64,000 bases of DNA, taken from assembly GCA_019119975.1 (NCBI GenBank), contig DWVZ01000150.1, forward strand, positions 4,311 through 68,310. Reading direction: 5' to 3'. Of this stretch, positions 29,101-36,778 are shown one piece after another; within the stretch, counting starts at the first letter, position 1; each line of letters begins with the position of its first letter. The notes beneath the pieces were generated by a model. The model saw only the letters and a program-made list of their open reading frames with translations, ran no database searches and was not told the DNA's origin. Both the position numbers and the translations under genes were made by a program. The DNA comes from Candidatus Blautia merdavium (GTDB lineage Bacteria; Bacillota; Clostridia; Lachnospirales; Lachnospiraceae).

Positions 29101-30065
29101 GTCTGCTCTCCCAGTCCTGTAAAAGCGTCCATGCTGCCGGTATAGGCAAAGGACACCAGACAGTGACTCATACAATATTCACTTTCCTCACTGTACTCCA
29201 CACTGCCGATATTGCCGAAATGTTCTCTGTACACTCCATAGCCTGCGCCGCCGTACACATAATACATGGTCTTTCTTAACAGTCCTTCCCCCATTTCCGT
29301 TGTGCTATAAGTCCCGGAAGCAGGTGCCAGCTTGGACGGCTCCAGACAATATGCCGTGCTGCCGTTCACATCAAAGAAATGGGTGTAATACTCTTCATAA
29401 TAAGCCCGTTCTCCTACCGTAAGATATACATTTTCCCTGGCGCCGTTAGAAGCGATCTCTCTGCTGACCTGAAAACTCCTGATCCGCTGTTCCAGCCGGG
29501 CTGCGGCAGCTTTCTCATCCTTCAAACTGGATTCCTGGGATTTTTCTGTAGTTTCCTTCTCTTTCTGCAGACTGTCCGGCTGCGTCTGGTTTTGGCTTTC
29601 TTCCTGGTCTGCTTCCCTATCCGCAGGAGTCTCCCCTTCTCCCGGTTCTTTTTCAGAAGCATCTGCCGCTGGAGGATCCGCTGCCTCCGGTACAAAAACG
29701 GCTTTCACAGCCTGCGTCTCTCCCGCCGTGAGTTCAATCCTGCCGCTTTCGTCCGGCTGCTGTTTGACCTCCTCGCCTGCCGTCTCCAGATACAGGTTCT
29801 CCAGCCTCCATCCCTCTTCCGGAAGGATCTCTGCCTGAAGTTTTTCGCCTTTTTTAAAGGCGGCGGCTGTCTTTTGGGGCGCTTCGCCCTGTATTTCGGA
29901 TACTCTGCCGCTGCTGTCTTTTACAGAGATCTTCCCGGCTCCTTCCGCAATGGTTAAAAGGAGTTCCGTCTCCTGTGCTTCCCCTGCAAAAAGCGGCTGG
30001 GAAAAAGAGAGCAGAACAATCGCAAACAGCAGCAGCCATACCAATCCTTTCTTCTTTTCTTTCAT
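23121..30065 (-). CDS. Giant cell-wall-anchored adhesin: signal peptide, thioester (TED) domain, Cna-B/SpaA-type domains, ester-bond (VaFE-type) domains, VPQTG sorting signal
   Basis: Starting from ATG 30065 gives 2314 aa, with an AGGAGA RBS and an ATGA overlap on the upstream gene. Signal peptide MKEKKKGLVWLLLFAIVLLSFSQPLFA and an acidic linker. The TED-like segment has TAYCLEPS (Cys codon 29348-29346) and YQTMGGSW. There are many prealbumin-fold repeats (G.Y.V.E...P.GY). Five C-terminal repeats each end in HxDLxDxxQT. The C-terminus reads VPQTG, then a hydrophobic helix, then a KKNAKRKKDT tail. Confidence 0.92.
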   Translation of the reverse strand: MKEKKKGLVWLLLFAIVLLSFSQPLFAGEAQETELLLTIAEGAGKISVKDSSGRVSEIQGEAPQKTAAAFKKGEKLQAEILPEEGWRLENLYLETAGEEVKQQPDESGRIELTAGETQAVKAVFVPEAADPPAADASEKEPGEGETPADREADQEESQNQTQPDSLQKEKETTEKSQESSLKDEKAAAARLEQRIRSFQVSREIASNGARENVYLTVGERAYYEEYYTHFFDVNGSTAYCLEPSKLAPASGTYSTTEMGEGLLRKTMYYVYGGAGYGVYREHFGNIGSVEYSEESEYCMSHCLVSFAYTGSMDAFTGLGEQTKNELLAELDQIKTLPDPPSSFKAFYFNMGSGSYQTMGGSWPLQYGWIEIRKSSGNPAFTDGNEAYSLEGARYEIYSKDTGEKAGEIRLDKDGKGKSGELLEGDYEIRETQTPKGYLLNQKTGNVTVTAQKTSVYSCEDDCQKGVIRLTKTDQEKSGQSLKGAVYEVRKKDGSLADTLTVDEQGKAQSKELPLGTYTVKEKTAPSGYLLDTKTYTVTFQGDTTSKGILYQDVESQENAQKGRIRLIKQDRETEGKPSGEGTLKGAVYELRDSLGNLADTLTTDENGEAQSKELPLGTYTVKETLPSVGYVKDSKTYTVTLSAKSGNGSALYEEVVSKETPQKGIILLEKCDTDTGTSASQGEGSLKGAVYTVKNSKDETVATLTTAEDGKAQSKELPLGTYTVKETKAAPGYLLDKASYTVKFTSENRTSTVFYKTVKSEETIIRGGVSVEKWDSEKEKREPQGSASLKGAQIQILSKNSNSITVEGKTYKEGDVITTLTTDEEGKAKTAADYLPYGDYQLKEVKPPAGYLASGVLTRSFSIRENGKMVEMNTSGTAVKNRVIRGGVSVEKWDSEKNKREAQGAATLEGTQIQILSRNSNSILVGGKTYQEGEVIATLTTDKEGKAKTSSDYLPYGNYQLKEIKAPTGYTASGTLSRNFSIRENGKMVEMNTADTAVKNQVIRGGVSVEKWDSEKNKREPQGGASLKGAQIQILSKNATSILVQGKTYKEGDVITTLTTDEEGKAKTAADYLPYGDYQLKEVKPPAGYLASGVLTRSFSIRENGKIVEMKTADTAVKNQVIRGGVSVEKWDSEKNKREPQGGASLKGAQIQILSKNSKSILVDGKIYQEGEVITTLITDEEGRAKTDADYLPYGNYQLKEVKAPAGYTASGTRTRSFSIRENGKIVEMNTAVKNQVIRGGVSVEKWDKEQNKKETQGAASFQGAEFQILSMNANTILVEEKEYKKGEVIAVLTTDKAGQASTENDLLPYGDYQIKEIKPPQGYNPTGVLVRDFSIGENGKIVQMNTSDTAIKNDVIRGDVQIVKFGADQEGHQSEQKKPLKGVCFTFTSKTTGKEYTIVTDENGYASTRQLGKDRGGLVYDTYVVTEDSPYADYAEIEPYEISISEEGRTLYYILENDVIEAPVSIVKKDKETGKIIPVKGSSFQILDQEKHLVEMTVTHYPSLVIQDTWETDETGSFLLPEKLKPGIYYLKEVQAPKGYLQGELLEFSVDGDYEWDAPLTVEYFDVPVKGQIRIEKRHQTTGEKLQGAVFEIRAAEEIKTPDGTIRMQKGELADTVATGQDGSAVSKELYLGKYLVKETKPAPGFVLSQQEYEAELSYQDQVTPLVYDTLEIANQPTVLILDKKVHGSGQKLSGVEFSLWKKTDKEETGQENSQKQVYTTQEDGRIRIERLLPGTYCIQETKGIPGYAMDMEIHEFTVGEDGKIDGKAEAVLAIENRETQLVKTQAVSVDTGSREAVAKKETVITDRLTLKNLQPGETYTIKGVLMDREEKTKLLINRQPVTATVEFTAEKAEQEVENTFSFDASQLAGKTVVVFEQVWIGETQIEEHEDLEDPEQSITFPEHKIKTTAQNQKTASRQAAANQKLTITDTVKYENLIPGQEYTVRGILMDKETVEELKIKGQTVTSEKTFVPEEKNGSIALEFSFDARELTGKQVVVFERLYWKDTEAAVHTDLQDEGQTVEFPVPEIGTKAENPLNHGQAAAAGENTVIIDTVNYENLIPGQEYTLKGILMEKPVEKELKIQGKTITAEKSFTPKEASGTVEMEFVFDASSLTGTSLVVFERLYVEQTEVAAHADLQDQGQTILFPKPEIRTNARNQETGKQEAAAKKKTVLTDTVQYENLAVGTEYTVKGVLMDQETGKELQAGDSFVTAEKKFTAKEKTGQVELDFSFDARGLEGKRLVVFERLYVGENLVASHTDLQDEAQTVFIKEKETVPQTGDPAPIEKIFLSIFLSGMILLTAGKKNAKRKKDT
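23237..24725 (-). repeat. Five divergent ~100-aa VaFE/ester-bond-type domain repeats at the adhesin C-terminus
   Basis: Recurring pattern: T..D.V.Y.NL.PG.EYT.KG.LMD......L......V..E..F........E..F.FDA..L.G...VVFE.L......V..H.DL.D..QT. Boundaries are approximate. Confidence 0.75.
25996..27770 (-). repeat. Five tandem ~357-bp (119-aa) intragenic repeats inside the adhesin gene
   Basis: Each unit starts RGGVSVEKWDSEK... and ends ...AVKNxVI. The first and third units share an identical 57-aa core (GKTYKEGDVITTLTTDEEGKAKTAADYLPYGDYQLKEVKPPAGYLASGVLTRSFSIRENGK) and long near-identical DNA stretches (about 26770-26920 versus 27485-27640). Confidence 0.9.
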
Positions 30066-31039
30066 CGCTTCTCTCCTTTCTCCATAGCCTTTAATTTGTT
30101 CAGACATTTTTTCACATACTGGCTCAGCAAAAGAATTGCCAGAGAATACAGGTACGGTTCCAGGTCTTCTTTTCCCTGAAACTTCCCTGCTTCGATCATC
30201 TCTCCCACCTTTTCTGTACTGAGGACCTCTCCTGCGATCACGTTGCGGTCAATGCCGCCCATGCGGAATAAGGTCTGCAGATAGGACTCAAATTTTTCCT
30301 CCTCCTTTTCCCGGACACCGGAAAAAATACGGTCCGGATACTGCACCGTTGACTCCAGTATTTTCCGGAACTCTTTCTGATGTTCCTTCCTTTCCCCTGG
30401 CAAAAGCCCGGTCCCTACTTCTTCTCCTGTACTTTCCCACAGCTGGTTTCCTTCCCCGGCGCAGCGGCACAAAAGTCTGTATTTCTCATCCGGTCTGACC
30501 AAAATCCCCCGATTCTCCGCTTCCAGCAATACGATGCAGATCTGGCTGATCCCCATAAACTGCCAGTTCTTATAATTTCTTGCGTTCTCACAGATCTGAA
30601 CAAAGGGGATCTCTGCCTTTCCGTCCAGGAAACGGCAGTCCTCCCGGAATCCGCAGTGCAGCAGATACCAGAAGCTGATCCATGCCTTCTCACACCGTTC
30701 GTCTTCCCTTCCCCGGATGTCCTCCAGCATCCCCAGAATTGCCTGTGCGCACGGATACTCTTCGTACCCCAGACTTCCCCAGAAATACTCTCCCTGGTAA
30801 ATGCTCCGCCTTGCGTTTTGCTCCAGGTAGATCCGCCATTCTTTTTTCATATCCCGGATTTTCTCCCTGCATCTTACATTCTGGCACATGGCATAGAGAA
30901 TAAAATACGTCACATCTAAAAACCCTCCGTCCTGTACCGGCAAGCGGACTCCTCCATAGGAACCCTCCTCTTCCAGCCGGGCTGCGGGCTCTCTTTCCCA
31001 CACCTGCAGCCCCTGGAACAAAATACCTGTTTTTCTCAT
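30062..31039 (-). CDS. Hypothetical cytoplasmic protein (325 aa), translationally coupled to the adhesin gene
   Basis: ATG 31039 follows AAAGAGG. The stop TGA overlaps the adhesin ATG (ATGA at 30062-30065). There is no signal peptide or TM segment. The protein is rich in Cys, Trp and charged residues. I recognised no domain. Confidence 0.65.
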   Translation of the reverse strand: MRKTGILFQGLQVWEREPAARLEEEGSYGGVRLPVQDGGFLDVTYFILYAMCQNVRCREKIRDMKKEWRIYLEQNARRSIYQGEYFWGSLGYEEYPCAQAILGMLEDIRGREDERCEKAWISFWYLLHCGFREDCRFLDGKAEIPFVQICENARNYKNWQFMGISQICIVLLEAENRGILVRPDEKYRLLCRCAGEGNQLWESTGEEVGTGLLPGERKEHQKEFRKILESTVQYPDRIFSGVREKEEEKFESYLQTLFRMGGIDRNVIAGEVLSTEKVGEMIEAGKFQGKEDLEPYLYSLAILLLSQYVKKCLNKLKAMEKGEKR

Positions 31040-31367
31040 AAAACCTCTTTTCTGTCTGCGCAGAAAATCACCCGCAGCCTGTCAGCCCGATGCCGGACTG
31101 TCCGCTGACGTGAATAAGAAAAGCGAAAAAAGTCAAACTAACACAGCGCTCCTACTCTGTATTTCCTGTTTTCTCTGTTACTCTGTTGTAAAAATTAAAA
31201 AATGGATATTTTGCAGAAACTGCATGAATATCAGAATTGAATTTACGCGGGTGTCTTTCCCTGCACAGACTTATTTGATGAACACAAAAGAAACTGAACT
31301 TTTCAGTTCCCTTTTGTTATGATTAAGACTACTACAAATCGGTTTAAAATGCTATTGACTTTTTAGA

Positions 31368-31399
31368 CAAAAAACCACCGGAGCGCTCCGGTGGTTTTT
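31368..31399 (-). terminator. Intrinsic terminator downstream of tyrS (palindromic, potentially bidirectional)
   Basis: The sequence acaaaaaaCCACCGGAGCGCTCCGGTGGttttt has a perfect 10-bp stem (31375-31384 / 31385-31394) with flanking A and T runs. It lies about 60 nt past the tyrS stop. Confidence 0.85.
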
Positions 31400-31455
31400 C
31401 TGTACATTTTACTAATCCTGTCAAGTGCCTGCCGACACCCGCAGAGGACTGCCGG

Positions 31456-32679
31456 TTATTTTAAAGTCACTTTTCTGAAGTTTTTCTTTCCCTTTTTCAG
31501 AACAATGCCTTCTCCCTGGAGCTTTTCTCCCGGAACCAGGTATTTGATATCTGTGATCTTTTCCCCGTCAATGGCAACGCCGCCCTGCTCAATGGCACGT
31601 CTTGCCTCGGAGCGGGTATTTGCCAGACCGCTCTTATGGAGCAGAGAGATCAGATCGATGTTCCCGTCGGTCAGTTCAGACTCTTCGATCTGAGCAGAAG
31701 GCATATTGGCAGCGTTTCCGCTGGAGAACAGCGCTCTGGCAGACTCCTGGGCTTTCTCAGCCTCTTCTTTTCCGTGTACCAGGGCAGTCAGCTCATAGGC
31801 AAGGATCTCTTTTGCACGGTTCAGCTGGCTTCCTTCCCACTGATCCATCTCGTCGATCTGCTCCAGGGGCAGGAAGGTCAGCATACGGATGCATTTTAAG
31901 ACATCTGCGTCTGCCACATTTCTCCAGTACTGGTAGAAATCAAAGGGGGAAGTCTTATTGGGATCCAGCCAGACTGCGCCGGACTGGGTTTTGCCCATCT
32001 TCTTGCCTTCAGAATTCAGCAGAAGGGTGATGGTCATGGCGCAGGCGTTTTTGCCCAGCTTGCGGCGGATCAGTTCCGTACCGCCCAGCATATTGCTCCA
32101 CTGGTCGTCTCCGCCGAACTGCATGTTGCAGCCGTACTTCTGGTACAGCATGTAAAAGTCGTAGCTCTGCATGATCATGTAGTTAAATTCCAGGAAGCTT
32201 AAGCCTTTTTCCATACGCTGTTTATAGCATTCTGCAGTCAGCATGCGGTTGACAGAAAAATGAGGTCCCACCTCTCTTAACAGTTCCACATAATTCAGGT
32301 CCAGCAGCCAGTCTGCATTGTTGACCATCAGCGCTTTTCCGTCAGAGAAATCAATGAAACGCTCCATCTGCTTTTTAAAGCAGTCACAGTTGTGCTGGAT
32401 GGTTTCCGGAGTCATCATGGAACGCATATCGGTCCTTCCTGACGGATCCCCAATGTAGCCTGTACCGCCTCCGATCAGGGCGATGGGCTTATTTCCTGCC
32501 ATCTGCAGACGCTTCATCAGGCACAGAGCCATGAAATGTCCTACATGAAGGCTGTCTGCGGTGGGATCAAACCCAATGTAGAACGTAGCCTTTCCATTGT
32601 TGATCAGTTCTCTGATCTCCTCTTCATCGGTCACCTGGGCGATCAGCCCTCTGGCAACCAGTTCGTCATAAATCTTCAT
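31456..32679 (-). CDS. tyrS: Tyrosine--tRNA ligase
   Basis: 407 aa with the HIGH motif (LHVGHF), KMSKS-type KMGKT, and a C-terminal S4 domain. AAAGGAGAAG RBS. Confidence 0.96.
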   Translation of the reverse strand: MKIYDELVARGLIAQVTDEEEIRELINNGKATFYIGFDPTADSLHVGHFMALCLMKRLQMAGNKPIALIGGGTGYIGDPSGRTDMRSMMTPETIQHNCDCFKKQMERFIDFSDGKALMVNNADWLLDLNYVELLREVGPHFSVNRMLTAECYKQRMEKGLSFLEFNYMIMQSYDFYMLYQKYGCNMQFGGDDQWSNMLGGTELIRRKLGKNACAMTITLLLNSEGKKMGKTQSGAVWLDPNKTSPFDFYQYWRNVADADVLKCIRMLTFLPLEQIDEMDQWEGSQLNRAKEILAYELTALVHGKEEAEKAQESARALFSSGNAANMPSAQIEESELTDGNIDLISLLHKSGLANTRSEARRAIEQGGVAIDGEKITDIKYLVPGEKLQGEGIVLKKGKKNFRKVTLK

Positions 32680-32734
32680 TTTTCTTCTCCTTTTCTCTGT
32701 GTTGTTTCAGAGCGGATCCGGCTTTTATGGATAC

Positions 32735-33020
32735 AAAAAGCCCCCGCCCTTTCTGTCACAAAAGGACGGGAGCCTAAAAGTCCCGTGTTACCACCTTTCT
32801 TCACAGACAGCTCACACTGCCTGCCTCTGCAAGTACAGCATTTCTGCGATACTTAAAGCGCTTTAACGTGCACCGCTCCGCCGCAGCCTACTCATTTCTT
32901 TTCGGTGCGGAGCTCCGGGAGGTATTCACAACAGCAGTTTTCCACGCGCCTCTCATCTGCCGGCTGCTTTCTGTGTGGTCCCTGCTGGCTACTTGTTCCC
33001 TTCACAGCTTTTCGTTTCTG
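32735..33020 (-). promoter_or_regulatory. T-box riboswitch leader, Tyr-specific (UAC specifier)
   Basis: Minus-strand RNA shows GAUGAGAGG in stem I and a specifier loop GUGAAUACC with UAC at 32924-32922. The T-box sequence AAAGGUGGUAACACGGGA is at 32798-32782. A terminator CCCGUCCUUU...AAAGGGCGGG (32770-32743) is followed by GGCUUUUUG. The terminator 5' arm overlaps the 3' arm of the antiterminator. Confidence 0.88.
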
Positions 33021-33026
33021 TGGTCT

Positions 33027-33056
33027 AGTATACAAAATCCAGTCAGTTTTTGTCAA
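33027..33056 (-). promoter_or_regulatory. Candidate sigma-A promoter for the tyrS leader
   Basis: On the minus strand: TTGACA (33056-33051), 18-nt spacer, TATACT (33032-33027). Confidence 0.55.
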
Positions 33057-33161
33057 GGGTACTTTTACAACTCACATTGGCAGAGCGGCACATTTGCTGC
33101 TTCGTATGCTTGCTTTCGGCATATTCTTACTTTCAGCGCCTGCCGCCTGCGGCAGCACCTG

Positions 33162-34391
33162 TCAGCCTACCGTTTTCCACTGATATTCTCCATTATCTTT
33201 GATCCCGTAAAAATCACCAAAGTTCAAATCAAAGATATCCTTTTCGATTCCGGTAATAGAAATCTGGTTTTTGATCAGATACTGCCAGATTCCCGCATGG
33301 GAAATGTCTCCCTGCAGGATCACGCCTGCTACCTTTCCCTCTCTTAAAATGACTCGTTTATAATTGTGGGAATCCTCTCTGGCGATGACCACATCTCCTT
33401 CTTTTGAAAGGATCTCACCCACACACATAGAAACAAGCCCGAAGAAATTAATGGTATTTTTCAGCGCATACCGGTCTTCATACAGCACCTGGGCACCGCA
33501 CATATTCAATGCGGCGGTTTCTCCCTGCTTCTGGGCGTTTGGCCAGATGCCGGAAAGCCCGGTCACATCTCCTGCCGCATACACGTCCGGAGCGCCTGTC
33601 TGCAGATATCCGTTGACCTGGATCCCTCTGTCAATGACAATGCCTTCGCCGTCCATGCCAGCCACTGCGCTGCGCACGCCTGCTGCCACAAGGATCATAT
33701 CGCAGGGAAGCGCTTCTCCGTTATCCAGGATCAGTTCCGTGATCTTTTTGTTTTCATCCATCCTGGTATCCGCGCCTTTTCTTCCCAGATAAAAGACAGC
33801 TCCGGCAGCCTCAAAGCGCTTCTGGTACTCTGCCGCGCCGGTCTTATCCAGCTGCACCGGCAGGATCTGCTCTGCCATCTCGACAATGGATACCTTCTTT
33901 CCGGTCTCCATCAGTCCGTATGCCGCATCCAGTCCTACCAGACCGGAGCCGATGATGACAATGTTTTCTGCTTTTTCTGCCATTTTGCGGATCGCCTGGG
34001 CATCTCTTAAATGACGAAGTCCAAAGACATTTTCTGCCTCTCTTAAATTCCCTACCGGAGGGATAAAACTTTCAGCTCCGGTGGCGATCAGAAGCTTATC
34101 GTAGTTTAAAACCTCCCCGTTATCCAGGATTACTGTCTTTTCTTTCGTATCCAGCTTGCCGGCGGTTTTTCCTGCGATCCAGCGGATGCGGTTCTTTTCA
34201 AAGAAATCTTCCTCCACGAAATTTAACTGTTTTTCGTCTCTCTCACCGCTTAAATATTTGTGCAGCATACAGCGGGAATGCACATAGATATCCGTGGAAA
34301 CTACCGTAATGCTGCCGTCTTTGTCTGCTTTCCGGATGGTTGCCGCGGCTTTCATCCCTGCCGCTCCGGCGCCTAAGATCACGTATTCCAT
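33162..34391 (-). CDS. FAD/NAD(P)-dependent pyridine nucleotide-disulfide family oxidoreductase (CODH-associated FNOR type)
   Basis: Two Rossmann motifs (VILGAGAAGMKAA; VIIGSGLVGLDAA) and AAGDV. It starts 3 nt after the cooF stop. Confidence 0.85.
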   Translation of the reverse strand: MEYVILGAGAAGMKAAATIRKADKDGSITVVSTDIYVHSRCMLHKYLSGERDEKQLNFVEEDFFEKNRIRWIAGKTAGKLDTKEKTVILDNGEVLNYDKLLIATGAESFIPPVGNLREAENVFGLRHLRDAQAIRKMAEKAENIVIIGSGLVGLDAAYGLMETGKKVSIVEMAEQILPVQLDKTGAAEYQKRFEAAGAVFYLGRKGADTRMDENKKITELILDNGEALPCDMILVAAGVRSAVAGMDGEGIVIDRGIQVNGYLQTGAPDVYAAGDVTGLSGIWPNAQKQGETAALNMCGAQVLYEDRYALKNTINFFGLVSMCVGEILSKEGDVVIAREDSHNYKRVILREGKVAGVILQGDISHAGIWQYLIKNQISITGIEKDIFDLNFGDFYGIKDNGEYQWKTVG

Positions 34392-34394
34392 ATG

Positions 34395-34841
34395 CTACAC
34401 CTCCTCAACCCAGATTGCCTGCTTGGGACAGGCTTTGACACAGCTGGGATCTTCCCCTTTGTCTATGCAGAAATCACATTTGATGACTTTGCTCTTTGTA
34501 CTTTCGTCCGGCTTTAATACGCCGTAAGGGCAGTTCATGACACACATAAAGCAGGAGCCGCATCTCTCCTTGTCATACTGTACATGACCGGTCTTTTCAT
34601 CCTTGGTCAGAGCGCCGCTCATACAGGACATAACGCACTCCGGCTGGTCACAATGCCTGCAGAACACCGGTGTATAGCTGCCGTCCGGGTTCTTGTAGAT
34701 AAAGTTTCTCGACTCATTTCTGATATCGGTCAGATCCAGGGTATAGACATCGCCCTCATCTTCTCTGTGCGCCTGCATACATGCGATGGAACAGCTCTTG
34801 CAGCCATCGCACTTTGCAGCGTCTATCATAATTCTTTTCAT
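34395..34841 (-). CDS. cooF: CooF-type 4Fe-4S ferredoxin
   Basis: 148 aa with multiple ferredoxin Cys motifs (CDGCKSCSIAC, CRHCDQPECVMSC, CGSCFMCVMNCP, CDFC...C..ACP). It starts 14 nt after the cooS stop. Confidence 0.85.
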   Translation of the reverse strand: MKRIMIDAAKCDGCKSCSIACMQAHREDEGDVYTLDLTDIRNESRNFIYKNPDGSYTPVFCRHCDQPECVMSCMSGALTKDEKTGHVQYDKERCGSCFMCVMNCPYGVLKPDESTKSKVIKCDFCIDKGEDPSCVKACPKQAIWVEEV

Positions 34842-34855
34842 CTTTTTTGCTCCTG

Positions 34856-36739
34856 TTAGATATTTAAACCTGCACGCTTTTCTTCAATGATCTGATCCAG
34901 GATATCCGCACTTTCTTTGGCATCCGGATTGATGATGACCTGTCCGCCTGTCAGTGTCTTCATATCCTCTGTCAGAAGTTTTACGGCAGTCTTGCTGCCA
35001 GTCACAAACGGCGGCAGTCCCAGATGCAGGGGCAGTCCTAAAGCCAGTCCGAAGCATCCGTCCGCCAGCGCCTGCTCTTCCAGCCACTGAGCGGCAGAAA
35101 GAACCAGAGGAAGCTGCGGGATATCTACGCCGATGGCTTCTGCCAGCTCGGTCGCCACGATCTCCAGTCTTCCGATGGCAAGGCAGGGACCAAAGTTCAG
35201 TACCGGAGGAATATTTAATTTCTCACAGACTGCACGCAGCTTAGGACCTGCGTATTTGGCAGCTTCCGGTGTCATCAGTCCGCAGTTTTCGATACCGCCT
35301 GAAGAACATCCGGCAGTCAGTACCAGGATATCTTTTGCGATCAATTCTTTTGTCAGTTCTACGGAAAGGACGTCATGTCCGCCTGCGGTCAGATTGGAGC
35401 AGCCTACCACGCCTGCGATTCCCTTGATATCGCCGGAAACGATCAGGTCGATCAGCGGCTTCCAGTTTCCGCCCAGGAAGTCTTTCAGGGAAATCTCTGA
35501 TACACCGGTCAGGGTGTGGTCGTTTCCGTGTTCCGGCATCAGGTTCATGGGTACCTGACCCCTTCTTTCCTTGTATGCTTCGATGATCTCGTCAATGATC
35601 TCTTCACTCTGTTTTTCTCTTTCTTCAAACACATAAGGCTTCAGCTCTGCGTTTGCTTTCTTTGCCACATCATCCAGACAGATCTGTTTGATCTTCAGCT
35701 GGTCGCAGATAGGCTCGATTCCCGGCAGAGTACAGTTAAACTCAGACAGCACCGCGTCAATTCCTCCGGTTGCCAGAACAGCTTCACTGGTGTAGTTGTT
35801 TCCTGCGTGTCCGTCAAAGACTTCCGTATAATGTGCGCCCCTAAGCTGCAGGTCCTGTCCCACACAGGTACATCCTACCAGCTTAAAGCCCTTTGCTCCC
35901 GCTGCCTTTGCTTTTGCCACTGCTTCCGGAGAAACCAGGCGTTCCTGGAGATCTACGAAAATGGTATGCTGGTGTCCGGTGATCATAATGTTGATGTAAT
36001 CCGGATCGATCACCCGCAGGCCTACCGGAGCCATGCGAAGTTCCGGCTCTCCTAACAGCACATCGTTTAACAGGTTGGTCAGAGTCAGTCCGTAAAGCCC
36101 GGTGGAGATTCCCAGCTTCAGGCAGTCGGTGTACATATCTACAGGATCGGAGTTTAAGTTGGTGGAGCATTTTACCACTCCGTGGAATACTTCGCCTTTG
36201 GCGCCGCCGGGAAGGATTCCCAGTTCCTGCCATTTTTTAAATCTTGGCGCATAGGCAAGCTTTTCTACCAGTTCCATTTTCTCATATTCCGGTTTGTACA
36301 GATCCTTTAATACCAGGTCTGCTACCTGCTTTGCAGTGTCCCATTTGTCGGCGCCCTGTACGCCGAAGGTTTCGGCAAGTCTTGCCAGAGATTTTTCTCC
36401 TTTGATCTCTCCTTTGGCTTCTGCTGTTTTCTTTACATTCAGGGCTGTATTTTCCACGATGTGGATGTAGCAGCCGGAACCGCTCGCCACTGCGCGCAGG
36501 AAATTTCTTGCCACGATCACATCTGCCGTAGCGCCGCAGATTCCTCTGGGAGCCTTTGGTGTGATCCGGCAGGGACCATTGGAGCACAGACGGCAACAGA
36601 CACCCTGAAGCCCAAATCCGCATTTGGTGCTCTGACCTTCTACACGGTGATGAGAGGTCTCCATGGGAAGGTCACGGATAAATCCTTCCAACGGCTTGTC
36701 TGCACTGGGGCAGGTACTGCATGAAAAACACTGATTCAT
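34856..36739 (-). CDS. cooS: Anaerobic Ni-Fe carbon monoxide dehydrogenase catalytic subunit
   Basis: The CooS signature is present: CGFGLQGVCCRLCSNGPCRI....GICGATADVIVARNF, followed by C-cluster region motifs. ATG 36739 (MNQCFSC) is preceded by an AGGAGGAAG RBS; the ORF-track extension to 36808 overlaps the upstream gene. Confidence 0.92.
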   Translation of the reverse strand: MNQCFSCSTCPSADKPLEGFIRDLPMETSHHRVEGQSTKCGFGLQGVCCRLCSNGPCRITPKAPRGICGATADVIVARNFLRAVASGSGCYIHIVENTALNVKKTAEAKGEIKGEKSLARLAETFGVQGADKWDTAKQVADLVLKDLYKPEYEKMELVEKLAYAPRFKKWQELGILPGGAKGEVFHGVVKCSTNLNSDPVDMYTDCLKLGISTGLYGLTLTNLLNDVLLGEPELRMAPVGLRVIDPDYINIMITGHQHTIFVDLQERLVSPEAVAKAKAAGAKGFKLVGCTCVGQDLQLRGAHYTEVFDGHAGNNYTSEAVLATGGIDAVLSEFNCTLPGIEPICDQLKIKQICLDDVAKKANAELKPYVFEEREKQSEEIIDEIIEAYKERRGQVPMNLMPEHGNDHTLTGVSEISLKDFLGGNWKPLIDLIVSGDIKGIAGVVGCSNLTAGGHDVLSVELTKELIAKDILVLTAGCSSGGIENCGLMTPEAAKYAGPKLRAVCEKLNIPPVLNFGPCLAIGRLEIVATELAEAIGVDIPQLPLVLSAAQWLEEQALADGCFGLALGLPLHLGLPPFVTGSKTAVKLLTEDMKTLTGGQVIINPDAKESADILDQIIEEKRAGLNI

Positions 36740-36778
36740 TCTTTCTTCCTCCTGTGTATGTATAAAATCTTTGTTAAT

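Noticed and set aside
31285-31303. The hairpin AACTGA-N5-TCAGTT in the same spacer, considered as a terminator.
   Set aside because: The stem is only 6 bp and AT-rich, and the flanking U-tract is poor. The element is too weak to call.
31110-31322. A 70-aa plus-strand ORF in the AT-rich spacer between the adhesin operon and tyrS.
   Set aside because: It has no RBS and lies in an AT-rich intergenic region. The start is a GTG (the track translates it as M), and the product is hydrophobic and low-complexity.
31040-31370. I looked for a c-di-GMP or other riboswitch in the ~330-nt region upstream of the adhesin operon. Clostridial adhesins are sometimes c-di-GMP controlled.
   Set aside because: I could not find GEMM-I or GEMM-II-like conserved cores by eye. 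I saw only a short GTCAGC...GCTGAC stem near 31081-31110. A covariance-model scan would be needed to exclude a riboswitch.
33139-33156. The GC-rich hairpin (CTGCCGC...GCGGCAG) just after the FNOR stop, considered as a terminator.
   Set aside because: There is no U-tract on the minus-strand transcript, so it cannot be called an intrinsic terminator.
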